NCBI GenBank assembly: GCA_030867685.1
Contig: JAQOWU010000007.1
Location: 806,001-870,000 of the forward strand
Length of the DNA: 64,000 nt
From: Wickerhamiella versatilis
Lineage: Eukaryota
Direction: 5' to 3'
Position numbers and translations under genes: made by a program. Shown piece by piece: positions 9,931-21,139 of the stretch. The stretch's first letter is position 1, and each line of letters opens with the position of its first letter. The notes beneath the pieces are model-generated. The model was not told the DNA's origin, ran no database searches, and saw only the letters and a list, made by a program, of their open reading frames with translations.

Positions 9931-11445
9931 ATGCTTTCCGTATGGCCGTTGATTGCATTGCTGTTCTTCGTGCTGATTGCTGAGGGTGCACCCTACAAGT
10001 ATGGCTGCCCGTCGTATGAACTTTGGAGTAAGCTAAGGAATCAACCAGTCTCAGGTGGGCCTCTTCGACTACCAATGCAACGCCCATCATATAATTGTAG
10101 GACATTCATTTCTTCGTCCGTTGAAAAGATGTTGAAAGAAGTGTCAAAAGACATTCTTGACACAGATACTGCCCGAATATTCGAGAATGCATATCCTAAC
10201 ACACTAGATACAACCATTAAGTGGCACCAACGAGCTCCAAATCCTTTAACTTTTATTGTCACGGGTGACATCAATGCTGAGTGGCTTCGTGACTCCTACC
10301 GTCAACTCTCTGTATATATTCCGTTGTGCTCCAAGGAGGAGGCACTTCGTGACCTTATTCTAGGAGCCATTGCCCTTCAAGCACAATACGTCATTGAGTC
10401 ACCCTTCTGTAATGCATTTCAGCCACCACGTACTTCTGATTTAAGGGCTCCACCTCCTTCAAATGCCGAGGACAACGTCTGGCCCCCTGTAAATCCAGAA
10501 GTAGTCTTCGAATGTAAATTCGAAATAGACTCTCTAGCGGCATTTCTTGGACTTAGCCGCGAGTATTATCAGGCAACAAAGGATAAATCATTCGTAACTC
10601 CAGAATGGAGGTCTGCATTGGCTCGTATTCTGTATGTAGTAGAGACCATGAGCCTTCCAACCTATAATGAGACAACGAGTGAAGTTCTGGCACCGGCCTA
10701 TACGTTCCAGCGAAACACAGATTTGGGTACAGAAACAATCCCCTTGAAAGGTTGGGGATATCCTGTTCGCTATACGGGTATGGTGCGATCATGGTTTCGA
10801 CCTAGTGACGACGCCACGATCTATCAATTTTTTGTTCCTGGTAACGCTGAGATGGCTGTAGAATTAGAGGCAGTCAAAACTTACGTGGATTCATGGCTCT
10901 CTGGGCGTGCATCAGAAGCCGCGACCGAAATTAGAAAAGGAATAATGGAACATGCAATATTTGAGCACCCAAAGTACGGTAGGGTATTCGCATATGAGGT
11001 GGATGGCTATGGGGGGAGAAATTTTATGGATGATGCCAACTTGCCATCGCTGTTAAGCCTCCCTGATCTTGGGTTCTGCAGCGCTGATGATGAAGTTTAC
11101 AAAAATACTAGGCGCATGGTATTGGATCCCTCGTCAAATCCATTCTACTATCGTGGGCCATATTTCGAAGGAATCGGTGGACCGCATGCTGGAATACGTG
11201 CGGCATGGCCCATGTCTCGTATTGTTGCCATTAGGACCACGAACTCATTGGATGAGATTAGATCACATCTTCGTGCTGTGGTGAATTCGACACGAGGATT
11301 GGGACTGATTCATGAGACAGTTAATGTGGACACGAACGATTTCTCAAGACCTTGGTTCAGCTGGGCCAACTCAGAGTTTGCCAAAACTATCATAAATTTA
11401 AAGGAACGAGGTCTCCTGCAACGTGCAACGAAAGATTTGCTTTAA
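9931..11445 (+). CDS. Secreted glycoside hydrolase family 125 (exo-alpha-1,6-mannosidase-like)
   Basis: Signal peptide, NAYPNTLDTT, TGDINAEWLRDS, ECKFEIDSL, FRPSDDA, MDDANLPSLL and RPWFSWANSEF motifs. Confidence 0.92.
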   Translation: MLSVWPLIALLFFVLIAEGAPYKYGCPSYELWSKLRNQPVSGGPLRLPMQRPSYNCRTFISSSVEKMLKEVSKDILDTDTARIFENAYPNTLDTTIKWHQRAPNPLTFIVTGDINAEWLRDSYRQLSVYIPLCSKEEALRDLILGAIALQAQYVIESPFCNAFQPPRTSDLRAPPPSNAEDNVWPPVNPEVVFECKFEIDSLAAFLGLSREYYQATKDKSFVTPEWRSALARILYVVETMSLPTYNETTSEVLAPAYTFQRNTDLGTETIPLKGWGYPVRYTGMVRSWFRPSDDATIYQFFVPGNAEMAVELEAVKTYVDSWLSGRASEAATEIRKGIMEHAIFEHPKYGRVFAYEVDGYGGRNFMDDANLPSLLSLPDLGFCSADDEVYKNTRRMVLDPSSNPFYYRGPYFEGIGGPHAGIRAAWPMSRIVAIRTTNSLDEIRSHLRAVVNSTRGLGLIHETVNVDTNDFSRPWFSWANSEFAKTIINLKERGLLQRATKDLL

Positions 11446-11553
11446 ATAAAAGCACGCGCAGACACACAGACACTCAGAAGTACATATACATCATTATTAT
11501 AGAGTTCTTAGATAGGTTTTTAAGTAGGCCTAATATTTCATTTAGCCTCGAGC

Positions 11554-12603
11554 TTAGTTTCCAAGCGAACGCTCGATTTCTCGAGTCTCCCCCTGCGTCC
11601 GGCGCAGTGCTTCCTGATACCTGTGTTGGATTCCTTCCGAATCCTCCTGCTCCTGCTCTTCCAATTCATCAGAATCGTCATCAGCTTCTCCATCGTCAGA
11701 AAAATCACTCAATACATCACCCGACCCAGCCTTATCGACACCAACGTCTCGAAGAAGCTTTTCCAAGTCCTTCGCCTTACGCTCAGCATCCTTTTCCTCG
11801 CGAAGCCTTCGCACTCGCTCTTTCTCTGCTTCATACTCCACTTCGAACTCAACCTTCTTTCTCTGAACCGCCTCAAGTAAATCCGGGATTCCCTGACCAG
11901 TCAGGGAGGAGACAGAAACAACATCAAGCGTATTATAGAACTCTTCCAAAACAAGTGACATGGAGGACATGAGAGATCCCATGTAGCCGCTGCCATTTTC
12001 ATCATCATCTAAGTTTAGGGCCTTCTGGAAAGCTTCGAAGTCCGTCATCCATTCTTTTGCAAAATCAGCATTCTGAGCATCAGTCTTATTGAATACAATG
12101 ATCATTGGTAGTTTTGTTTTATAGAGGATCGAACAAGCGTACAACATGTTCGACATAAATGTCGTTGGGGAAGTACATCGCGGAGTATCCACAATATATG
12201 CGATCATGGTTGGGAAGGACGAAGCCAAAGAGTCCATGATTATTTGGCCCGAGGCACTCCAAATGAAGCATTCAATCTGACCTGGTGTGTCAATAAGCAC
12301 ATGCTCAAATTGTGGAGCTCGCTTCTCAAGGATGCCTATGATTTGGTCAACTTTCGTGGAAAATAAATTAAGACTTGTCATAATGGCACCATTAGGACCC
12401 AGCCCATAGTCCTCCATTACCTTGTGGTAGTTGACAGAGTCCCGGATGTCTATATTGGGCCCGTACGGTGTATCGTTAACGGCAGGATCTAGATTAATCA
12501 CATAAGGAGGCCGTTTCTGTGCATGCAGCTCAGAGTTTAGACGTTGCATGAACGTCGTTTTGCCAGCACCAGCCATGCCAATGCATAGTATTGTAGCGAC
12601 CAT
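11554..12603 (-). CDS. NPA3: GPN-loop GTPase 1
   Basis: [10 protein letters not shown]-loop, NLDPA, LGPNGAI and DTPGQIE motifs. ATG at 12603. Confidence 0.95.
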   Translation of the reverse strand: MVATILCIGMAGAGKTTFMQRLNSELHAQKRPPYVINLDPAVNDTPYGPNIDIRDSVNYHKVMEDYGLGPNGAIMTSLNLFSTKVDQIIGILEKRAPQFEHVLIDTPGQIECFIWSASGQIIMDSLASSFPTMIAYIVDTPRCTSPTTFMSNMLYACSILYKTKLPMIIVFNKTDAQNADFAKEWMTDFEAFQKALNLDDDENGSGYMGSLMSSMSLVLEEFYNTLDVVSVSSLTGQGIPDLLEAVQRKKVEFEVEYEAEKERVRRLREEKDAERKAKDLEKLLRDVGVDKAGSGDVLSDFSDDGEADDDSDELEEQEQEDSEGIQHRYQEALRRTQGETREIERSLGN

Positions 12604-12620
12604 TTTTAACCTGATGACTA

Positions 12621-13223
12621 ATGGTGGTCTTGGTTCCTTCTGTATCGATTGGCAATGTGCCACAGCTTGCGGTCGACCTTTTGCTATCTACCTATGATGA
12701 ATTTGAATTAGTTAAATGTCTGGATGATGAATATTTGAGCCCCTTCGCTGGACCTCGAGACTTTACCGAGGGCCCACAACCGAAAGGAGTGGCCACAGCA
12801 GCTCAACTTTATCGCAAAGGAGATATATATATCGTACAACTACGGTCACCTGTGCTACCTTTTCAGAAGCATAATTTTGCTGAACAGCTTAAAAAAGAAT
12901 TGCCCTCTGATGACGTATTGATTGTCAGCTCTGCCAATGCCGGGGCCAGAATCCAGCAGGGCCTTCCTTTACTCACGATATCCAAACCAAATGAGCCCTT
13001 GCAAGATTCAGGATTTACCCAGGAAGCTTTGGAGTGTTTTAAATGCGAAGCGGTAGTGCTCTACACTTATGAAGGTGATAACATTGAAGATGCTCGACAA
13101 TTAGCTCAAGTACTAGTGGGAAAACTAGGGCTTGAGCCACGCCAGTTTAAAACCCCTGTTAGCTGGAGACACATATACGGAAAAGACGTGCCCCTAGGAC
13201 TGGAACAAGGTATCTACACGTAA
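12621..13223 (+). CDS. Proteasome assembly chaperone 2 (PAC2/Pba2 family)
   Basis: [22 protein letters not shown] and P.SW..IYG motifs. Confidence 0.88.
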   Translation: MVVLVPSVSIGNVPQLAVDLLLSTYDEFELVKCLDDEYLSPFAGPRDFTEGPQPKGVATAAQLYRKGDIYIVQLRSPVLPFQKHNFAEQLKKELPSDDVLIVSSANAGARIQQGLPLLTISKPNEPLQDSGFTQEALECFKCEAVVLYTYEGDNIEDARQLAQVLVGKLGLEPRQFKTPVSWRHIYGKDVPLGLEQGIYT

Positions 13224-13243
13224 AGGTTTTTTTGTTTCCGAAA

Positions 13244-13993
13244 TTAATCGTCATCAAGGACGCGCTTCACAACGTTGCTAAGAATACATTTATTGCGCAT
13301 GATATCCAGTTGGTCGGCTTCCGACTCGAAAATCTTCTTTTTATCAACGTTGGGGGCAAAAGCAGGTGGACCTGTAGCAGTTGGTGCGGAAGATGCATTT
13401 TGCTCGCCAAGGATTAGAGTAAACAGACTTTGTAGCCCAATAAGTAGGATAATATACCATGATATGCTACTAACCCACCGGACATCAAGATCAGGAGTGG
13501 TGATACCAGCCTGGAGCATCTCTTTGAAGCGGCTGGTTAGTGGGAATGGTAGCTTCATCACGATGAATCCACCAAAGAAAGCAGAGATCCAGCTCATTAT
13601 AACGGTTTGGGGGATAAATGTCAACATTTGCTGCTTCACTCCGGCAGTCATGTTTTCCATTTGCTTAGGGTCACTTAGGTTGGGCATTGCACTTTGCTGC
13701 GGTTTGGCCTCTGGGTCTGCGAGAAACGCTCCCTTGCGGTACCCTTGAACCAGATACTGCACTCGGCTAGAAAAGCTTGTCTCATCCAAATTAAACCCAT
13801 TTACACGGATCAATCGTCCGAGCTGCATATAGCTTGCTTCCCGAAGCTCTTTGATACCCATTTGAGGAGGTTCAGGCGCCAAAAGCATGGTAGCAAAATG
13901 TCTGATCACGCCAACAAGAACCATAACAATAAGAACTGGGAATAGCACCCATGTTTGCAGGCTCGGGTCCAGGATAAGGTCTGGCACAGCCAT
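13244..13993 (-). CDS. EMC3: ER membrane complex subunit 3
   Basis: LDPSLQTWVLFP, KLPFPLT.RFKEMLQ and DVRWVSSISWY motifs. Confidence 0.95.
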   Translation of the reverse strand: MAVPDLILDPSLQTWVLFPVLIVMVLVGVIRHFATMLLAPEPPQMGIKELREASYMQLGRLIRVNGFNLDETSFSSRVQYLVQGYRKGAFLADPEAKPQQSAMPNLSDPKQMENMTAGVKQQMLTFIPQTVIMSWISAFFGGFIVMKLPFPLTSRFKEMLQAGITTPDLDVRWVSSISWYIILLIGLQSLFTLILGEQNASSAPTATGPPAFAPNVDKKKIFESEADQLDIMRNKCILSNVVKRVLDDD

Positions 13994-14402
13994 GGCAGTT
14001 GCTTACGTAGTTACTGATCAGTAGTGTAATAGTGCCTGGTAAATTTCAGTAGAGTAGCACCAAGAGTATCACATTGCAACAAGAAAGGCATTAGAGCAAT
14101 CAAGATAATAGGCAGAAAGTATCGTAGCTATCATTTCACTTGGGATATTTTCTTATGGGCCGCATAGCTTAATGCCGTGTAGCATCGAGTGAATTTACTT
14201 TATTCTACGAGCATCAGCCAAATGAAGAGATTTATGGAACAGACAGTAGATGCGGATAATTATTAAAGTGGCATCACGAACAAATTCCCTTTATCGTGTA
14301 CACACGTGACTTTCCTTTTCGAGTCGCTATCCTACCTCATGGGGTGGGGGGCTGTTTAACGCTCTTCAAAACCGAAGGAAGCTCAAACCCTTTGCAATAT
14401 CT

Positions 14403-15014
14403 ATGTCCAAACTCGACTTTGATTTTCTTGAAGAGATTGATGCTCTCTGGCCTACTGGAACAGCACTTCCTGAGATTAGCCCTCTTGCAGAGTCTACACC
14501 GGACCCAGTGACAATTACACAGGTTTTTGACGACATGGATACCACTCCTGAGCTATTAACAAGCAAAGAGCAGCCTCAAACTTTGGGAACGCCTTGGTCT
14601 GTACCACCAGATGTAAAACCATTTCAACAACCTCCACCACCACTTCCGAACCTTTGGACCCCACCACAAGCTCAAAATCCATTCAAAGAATTTCTAGCAG
14701 AAAGCCCAGCGCCAATATGGAAACCCGCGGATGTTCTGGACACACCAGGCGAGATGCCACTTTTTTTTTCTGAGGGGTCGGGTACACCAGGAGATCCCCT
14801 TCTTTCACCTCCATACTCACCAATCCGAAAGCGCAAGAATAGTCGCTTGAATAAAAGAATCACCATTCCAAGGAGGCCCCAGGAGGACCCTTATACATAT
14901 CATACTGTGTCAAAAACACTGGCCACGCCCGAGTTTGCTGAGGATAATGCAGGCGCTGGAACCTTCCTACTATTAAACATGCGCAAACGCGCAGCGTGGC
15001 GACGCCGCGTTTAA
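14403..15014 (+). CDS. Hypothetical Pro-rich protein with acidic N-terminus and basic C-terminus
   Basis: 203-aa ATG ORF, AT-rich terminator-like sequence downstream, no recognised family. Confidence 0.6.
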   Translation: MSKLDFDFLEEIDALWPTGTALPEISPLAESTPDPVTITQVFDDMDTTPELLTSKEQPQTLGTPWSVPPDVKPFQQPPPPLPNLWTPPQAQNPFKEFLAESPAPIWKPADVLDTPGEMPLFFSEGSGTPGDPLLSPPYSPIRKRKNSRLNKRITIPRRPQEDPYTYHTVSKTLATPEFAEDNAGAGTFLLLNMRKRAAWRRRV

Positions 15015-15147
15015 TCTACCCGAATTAACAATGTATATATAAAGCAGATCCTAGAAAATTTGCATTTTTTTTAAGTACTGCCATTCTGGTAGGGCATCTC
15101 GCTCTTAGCATTGATTTGAGGGATCTAAGGTTTGTCTTATGCAAAAT

Positions 15148-16800
15148 TTAGAATTGGCCATCACTCTTTCCTGCCTCGATGACAGTATTTATCTTTAGAA
15201 TCATTCTGGTGAGCTGAGTGGCAAGAAGAAGTTGTTGGCGCTTGCCAATAAGAGGGTCCACGACAAACAGGTCCCGCATATTGTCGGATCCTGAGCCCAA
15301 ACAGTCAATTCCAAGTACGGATAGCTTCTCCCGGGCTTGACTCGACTTTACTTTAGAAACTGCTTCAATAGCATTAAGGCCCGAGTTCTCTGCGAGCTGA
15401 AGGGGGACTACATCCAAAGCCTTGGCGAATGCATTGAAAGCATACTGATCCAAGTCTGGGTGCTTATCGGCCTCAGAGGCTACAGCCAACGAGCAAGCAA
15501 CCTCTGCCGCACCACCACCGTAGACGACGCGAGGATCACGGATAAGGTTACGCACGACGCACAGAGCATCATGAAGAGCCCGCTTCGCTTCTTCAACTAT
15601 CATATCGTTAGAGCCACGCACCAATACTGAGACAGTCTTAGAGTTAGCACACTCCTCGACCACAATCATGCGGTCCTGAGTTGTACCAAATGAAAGTTCA
15701 CGAACGGTTCCTGCGTGACCCAACTTAGCTGGGGACAAGTCCTCGAAACGAGGAACAATGCGACCCTCAGTGGCCATTGCCAGAAGTTCTATTTCAGGGC
15801 CACCAACCCATCGCACAGCAGGAAGGTCATTCTGTAGAAGCAAATGGTTTGCCTCATCGTCAAAGCCCCACTGGCAGACCACGAAGTTCGCACCTGCATC
15901 TTTGAGCTGGGAGATCATCTTGCGGAAGGTATTTTGCTCATACTCTTGAAGAGATTTAAATTCCTCGACAGAGGTAATGTCAAGCTTATGCTTTGTCTTA
16001 GGTTTAGGTGGCTCAAATGGACAAGTAAGGATCGCCATTCGCGCATCGTGCACTACACGAGGCATCTGCGGGTGCGACATATCCTTATCCACAACGACAC
16101 CCTTCACAACCTGGGAGTCACCGAGATTGCCACCAGTCTTTCCAACAACCTTGATCAGATCGAAATCGACATCCTTACGACCTCGGTCGGCGACAGCGAG
16201 AACAGCTTCCACTGCCATATGAGCAAACTGTTCCTTGTATTCAGAGACAACTTTAGAACCAAGAGAGGTTCTTGCAGCTTTTAGCAGCTGTTCCTTGGTC
16301 CACTCAGTCTCTTCCGCAATGGAATCCAATTTTTCAATCGCAAGGTCGCACGCCTTATCGTAACCATTTGCGATTCGAACCGGGTGAATACCTTTATCTA
16401 GAAGATCGTAAGCCTGCTCCAATAGCGCAGCCGCAATAACAACAACGCCAGTGGTGCCATCTCCAATTTCGTCGTCCTGCGACCGGCTCAACTCTACCAA
16501 CAGTCGTGCAATAGGATTCTCGATCTGCATTCTACTCAGAATCGTGGCACCATCATTTGTAACTGTGATTTCACCATCCTGAGAGATCAGTATTTTATCC
16601 ATACCACGCGGGCCCAAAGATGTGCGCACTATGGACGCCAAACTTTTTGCCGCAAGAATGTGACCTTTCACGGCGTCGAGACCATGAGCACGCTGCTTCT
16701 GGCCCTGATCTCGAACAATAATGAGAGGGCGTCCCGTCTCATCCTGCGCTACCATCGCATTAGAGAGGTCAACCTGCTGCTGAGGACCCGGAGCTTGCAT
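15148..16800 (-). CDS. CCT5: Chaperonin CCT epsilon subunit
   Basis: [26 protein letters not shown] and [15 protein letters not shown] motifs. Confidence 0.97.
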   Translation of the reverse strand: MQAPGPQQQVDLSNAMVAQDETGRPLIIVRDQGQKQRAHGLDAVKGHILAAKSLASIVRTSLGPRGMDKILISQDGEITVTNDGATILSRMQIENPIARLLVELSRSQDDEIGDGTTGVVVIAAALLEQAYDLLDKGIHPVRIANGYDKACDLAIEKLDSIAEETEWTKEQLLKAARTSLGSKVVSEYKEQFAHMAVEAVLAVADRGRKDVDFDLIKVVGKTGGNLGDSQVVKGVVVDKDMSHPQMPRVVHDARMAILTCPFEPPKPKTKHKLDITSVEEFKSLQEYEQNTFRKMISQLKDAGANFVVCQWGFDDEANHLLLQNDLPAVRWVGGPEIELLAMATEGRIVPRFEDLSPAKLGHAGTVRELSFGTTQDRMIVVEECANSKTVSVLVRGSNDMIVEEAKRALHDALCVVRNLIRDPRVVYGGGAAEVACSLAVASEADKHPDLDQYAFNAFAKALDVVPLQLAENSGLNAIEAVSKVKSSQAREKLSVLGIDCLGSGSDNMRDLFVVDPLIGKRQQLLLATQLTRMILKINTVIEAGKSDGQF

Positions 16801-16900
16801 CGTGGGATTAATAATTACGTCAAATTCACTATGTACTTAGGCCAGTTCCAGTGCGGACTGACTTTATTCTTTTTTTTCGTTATATAAAATGCGGTATGCC

Positions 16901-17410
16901 TCACGGATATAAAGCTCTAACATCGTAAAAGTCATGATCATGGTAAGCAAGAGCACGCTTCTTTTGCTCTAGGACTTCTGCCACCTGGGCTATAATAATT
17001 TCATGGTCCTGTACTCCCACAGAGGTCCTAACGTCACAAATAAGTGTGCTTGCTGCTCTTTTTAAGATAGGGAGGCCATCTTCCCGTGTCATGTCAAACG
17101 AGTCTGGATGCTGTGCAAATGGGTTTTGATTGTGGCCGCCCACTCCTGCAAACGCTCGTGCTAGCATCACGCATTCTTTAGAAGGTGTCAGAATGTTTGC
17201 CGCTAGACGACCACCACTATTACGGAGAATTTCAGCCGTTCTTGATGGTACTTGCATGTTAAATGACAGAACCGGTGCGGGCCGAATGGACACAGATGCA
17301 AGAGAAGAAACTGTCATTCCTGCAAGATTTGGGCCTGCTCTGGTAGTAATTATAGCCACCGTGGAGACCATATGGCGCATGGCAGATTTATATGCCTCGA
17401 CGCATGTCAT
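16901..17410 (-). CDS. Flavin reductase-like FMN-binding protein
   Basis: AMRH..STVAIIT..GMTVSS..SVS..P and DH.III..V motifs. Confidence 0.85.
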   Translation of the reverse strand: MTCVEAYKSAMRHMVSTVAIITTRAGPNLAGMTVSSLASVSIRPAPVLSFNMQVPSRTAEILRNSGGRLAANILTPSKECVMLARAFAGVGGHNQNPFAQHPDSFDMTREDGLPILKRAASTLICDVRTSVGVQDHEIIIAQVAEVLEQKKRALAYHDHDFYDVRALYP

Positions 17411-17569
17411 GAGTAAGGCAAGGTTGATTCCTAGATTTGTCGGGTTGTAAGAAGACTAACAAAAAAATTAGCAAACAAGAATTCGAATAATTTCAATGTG
17501 TATATCTACATGGACGAAATGAAATGGCTTCCCACCAAACCCGATGCTATGTAGGATTGTTACTTATTA

Positions 17570-20500
17570 TTACATGATGGCCCTGGCGGGCCCTGGTGGG
17601 TAGCCGTAAATAACTGGTGCTGCTCCTGTAAGATAATGCAATAGGCAGGCACGCCGGCAATTCATGAGAGCTCTACATGGATCTTCACCATAATCAAAGA
17701 CACGAGACACAAACTCCTTTGCCAATCGGTTCATGTCCTTGTCTTTAACTGTCCAGAGATTGCCCATCACCAGAGGGCTACCGGCAACTAGGTAGTCTGT
17801 GAGAGGACCTGAAGCGTCATAATGTGCGTGACTCCTTAACTTTGCTGATCCACAGCCAAAGAGCAAAACAGGGCAGCATTTCTTCAGTGCCCGCAGGCTC
17901 GAGCGCTGAATATAGGATGTCCCTGCACCATGGCCCATGTAAACTAAACACGTACCCTCTTCAAGTGCGGAGGTTAGTTCACTAGGCGATGGGGCTAAAT
18001 TTGCTATGCCACTCCACCCCCTTAAACGGAACTCGGCTGCGCTGAAGTTTTCCCCTAAATGATGGAGGTTATCACCCGGATTCAGGACGTACCGAACCTC
18101 CTTTCCCAAGGAATCAGAGTACGGTCCTCTATGGATGAGATCAAGATTCAATTGCCGGCTGGCAGGAATATCCCTCAAACAGGGGAAGCATTCCCAAGGT
18201 ACTTGACTCGCCAAAGAATCTACAACAAGGAGCAGATGATGTGTTCTTGTTGGTTCCTGACCGTGTGATAAGATGGCATGAATCTTGATGACCAAGGCAT
18301 CAATGTCGACGTCGTCGTAACCCAATGGCTGGCCTTGTAATTGTAAAGTGTCCAATATGTACCATACGAGATCTTCGATTTCGGCCTCTGTAGGGCGACC
18401 AAGTCTCGCAAATAAATTCAAAACTGACTGAGGAAGATTTATCTGGACCTTATGGGGTAGGTAGTCAGTGAAAACTTGTTGGATCATATTACAGGTATCA
18501 GGGCTTGCCTTAATCGTAGTGGGCTCTAATAGGGCTCGGAACCCGCCGAGCCAATGCAATTGCATACGAAACACCAGTCTACGAGCTTCATCATCCCAGT
18601 CCCGTTGATTTTTCCAAAATTCTGAGTTGTCACTTTGCAGTCTGTATGCATCGCTCACGCTCTTTTCAATTATCTCTTGTAAATCTTCCAAGCCACCCTT
18701 TATTTTCAGTTCGGGATCAAGTTCTTGATCAAGACTAAGTAGCGAACGCATGCGCGCGGTTGGTATGCGTATAGAAAATGGTTGCTGAAATGGCTCAAAT
18801 CTCGTCAGAACCAGACAGCTTTCATTAACATCAATGTCGATCGCGACAACAACCAGATGCTCGGGTAATGGGCCTTTGGAATTTGCCACTAGATCCCCGT
18901 GAAGAAAGTGGCGAGAAGCACTCAGTCCTGCAAAGCGATTCTCTTCACGTTCGTTCATAGGCGCCTGATCACCGGCGTTGGCCACCGTGCTGAGAATAGC
19001 AGAACTAATGCCCAGCAATTGCGCTCGCTCATTCTTTTCAGTGAAATCACCTTTGTGTCCTAAATTGATGAATTGATGGTATATTTCGTCAAGATATTGC
19101 ACGCATCGTCGTGCTTTCACTGGCAGAGACGTCGTACCAAAATTTGCCAGTGCTGCCTCGTTGAGTAGCGCATAACGTGGGTCCTCACTCAGCCTTTGAA
19201 GTGCTGCATGGTGCTGGCTCCGAATCGCAGGAAGTTCTCCTAGATGGGGTAGCGGAGTCCATGGACTGGGCAGCTCAGTCCCATTGTCTTCCTCAGCACC
19301 CACGAGTTTAGCAAGATAATTGTAGTCACTGCGAAAAATGGCTTGACGCCCAGCTAACTCTAGGGCGCGCGCCCTTCCCATGCCTTTCTTGATGCAGGAC
19401 CAGGCATCATCGATAGAACCAAAAAAGAGTAAAAGTTGCGATGACCGGTGAAGTACATCCATTGTTAGGCCATCAACCCCTTTCGTGGTGGAGAGGCTGG
19501 CAAGCAGAGTTCCAAGAATTTGCAATGCACTGAAAACCTGTCCTTGTGATATGGCGAGTTCCGCAGCTTCCTGTTCCGCAGCCAATTTATCGTAAATATT
19601 ACTGTTGTCTCGTACCCGAGTTTTAAGCTCCTCCTGCCAGGTGGTTACGTCGGTCCGCTGAGGACAGCCATAAATACCTTGAAGCTTTTTGATTTCGACG
19701 TCGATGTTTTTTTGACAACAATCCCAAACGACCTCCGCGCAGGGAGAGCACAACCCCAGGATACTTTGTAGCTCGAGGTCCTCCCCAGCATGAGAAAGAA
19801 GCTCGTGAATATTTTCAATTGACATGCATTTTCCCGTGGCTGCATGCCACAGAACCTGCCATTTTCGTTGGTCCTCGGGGAATTGCCCGCTCAAAAATGG
19901 CCGTAAGCACTCTAGTTCTGAGATCCACTTTGGATTTGGTATCATTGCAAGCAGTGTAAGGAGTACCTGCGCGCCGAAGGGTTTTGTTGCGACCGCCATA
20001 GCTAGCGAATGAATACGATGAGGCCGTCGGAGAAGCGTTCCTGCAAGCTGAGGCAAGCCTGGTGCGCCAAGAAGTCGATCAAATGGCACAGTGGCTGCAA
20101 GAGTTTCAATGTCACCATCAGCTAGCCATAAGCGCCGGCACTTATCCACTATAGCATCAGGCCGAGTTTCGAGCGACAATGCCAAGCTCCACATACGGGG
20201 CTCATTGTACTTCTGTGCAAGCATTGTGGCCGCATTGGATATAACGGTGTGGTATTCAGGGTATTTTTGGGCCAGTGCGCTATAGGCGTCAAACAAAGCT
20301 GGTGATTGACACCGCGCTTCGGATAAAATTTTTAAAACGCCTTTAATATTTCGTGAGGACTGCTCCAGGACAACTTTTACGAGGTTGCCCGTATGTCTTG
20401 GTTGATTGACTATGATCTCAAGACACTTCTTATGTCTGCATGCTTCCCATTTATCCTTCGATAGTCCATCTAAAACGCAAGCAAGCTGCTTTGAATGCTC

Positions 20501-20731
20501 GGGCATAATTTCGTTAACAACTTCGAGCTCTACATCGATATTATCAGCGCCGCTTAACAAAAGAATATCAACGGCTCTCAGAAGCAGCTCACAAGCTTCA
20601 TGAGGCGAAGTCCTGTGAAGTCGACTAAATTGTCGATTGAAGTGCCTACGATCTCCATTTTCAGAGAATCTACGTCGTAGAATAGCTTCCATGTCATTTT
20701 TGATGGCATCACGGGAGCCTTCCTGAGGCAT
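17570..20731 (-). CDS. ESP1: Separase (peptidase C50)
   Basis: WLGGFR, PWE..P.L, YVLNP, catalytic YMGHGAG and LFGCGS, GNLWTV.D.D and GAAPVIYG motifs. First ATG at 20731. Confidence 0.92.
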   Translation of the reverse strand: MPQEGSRDAIKNDMEAILRRRFSENGDRRHFNRQFSRLHRTSPHEACELLLRAVDILLLSGADNIDVELEVVNEIMPEHSKQLACVLDGLSKDKWEACRHKKCLEIIVNQPRHTGNLVKVVLEQSSRNIKGVLKILSEARCQSPALFDAYSALAQKYPEYHTVISNAATMLAQKYNEPRMWSLALSLETRPDAIVDKCRRLWLADGDIETLAATVPFDRLLGAPGLPQLAGTLLRRPHRIHSLAMAVATKPFGAQVLLTLLAMIPNPKWISELECLRPFLSGQFPEDQRKWQVLWHAATGKCMSIENIHELLSHAGEDLELQSILGLCSPCAEVVWDCCQKNIDVEIKKLQGIYGCPQRTDVTTWQEELKTRVRDNSNIYDKLAAEQEAAELAISQGQVFSALQILGTLLASLSTTKGVDGLTMDVLHRSSQLLLFFGSIDDAWSCIKKGMGRARALELAGRQAIFRSDYNYLAKLVGAEEDNGTELPSPWTPLPHLGELPAIRSQHHAALQRLSEDPRYALLNEAALANFGTTSLPVKARRCVQYLDEIYHQFINLGHKGDFTEKNERAQLLGISSAILSTVANAGDQAPMNEREENRFAGLSASRHFLHGDLVANSKGPLPEHLVVVAIDIDVNESCLVLTRFEPFQQPFSIRIPTARMRSLLSLDQELDPELKIKGGLEDLQEIIEKSVSDAYRLQSDNSEFWKNQRDWDDEARRLVFRMQLHWLGGFRALLEPTTIKASPDTCNMIQQVFTDYLPHKVQINLPQSVLNLFARLGRPTEAEIEDLVWYILDTLQLQGQPLGYDDVDIDALVIKIHAILSHGQEPTRTHHLLLVVDSLASQVPWECFPCLRDIPASRQLNLDLIHRGPYSDSLGKEVRYVLNPGDNLHHLGENFSAAEFRLRGWSGIANLAPSPSELTSALEEGTCLVYMGHGAGTSYIQRSSLRALKKCCPVLLFGCGSAKLRSHAHYDASGPLTDYLVAGSPLVMGNLWTVKDKDMNRLAKEFVSRVFDYGEDPCRALMNCRRACLLHYLTGAAPVIYGYPPGPARAIM

Positions 20732-21139
20732 GCCGAACGTAAACAAACCCTGAGTAATCTGAATGATATACAGAAAAAATTCGGTTTAACATAAAATTCA
20801 CGCAAAACTGGAGACTAAAGTAGAAAAGATTAAACTCAATTTCGATTTTGAACTTGGGAAAAAGATTATTTGCCATGTGAAAGTATTCAAGCCGTGCATA
20901 AGCAAGAGGACGAAAAAAAAAGAGAAAAAGTTAGAGGCTAGATTAGGTTGATGATCGATCATTAATTTTTCTAATATTTTTTGAAATCTATTTTTTCATA
21001 CCACGATTTAGACTGCTAGGGGGCGACACACCAGCCCGTTTATTTTCTGCCCAATGTCACTGGGCACGTGATCATGATCGAGTAAGGAAAAAAATTACCT
21101 AACTGGATTCTTTCACCTGGCTGCACCTTTGTTAAAACC

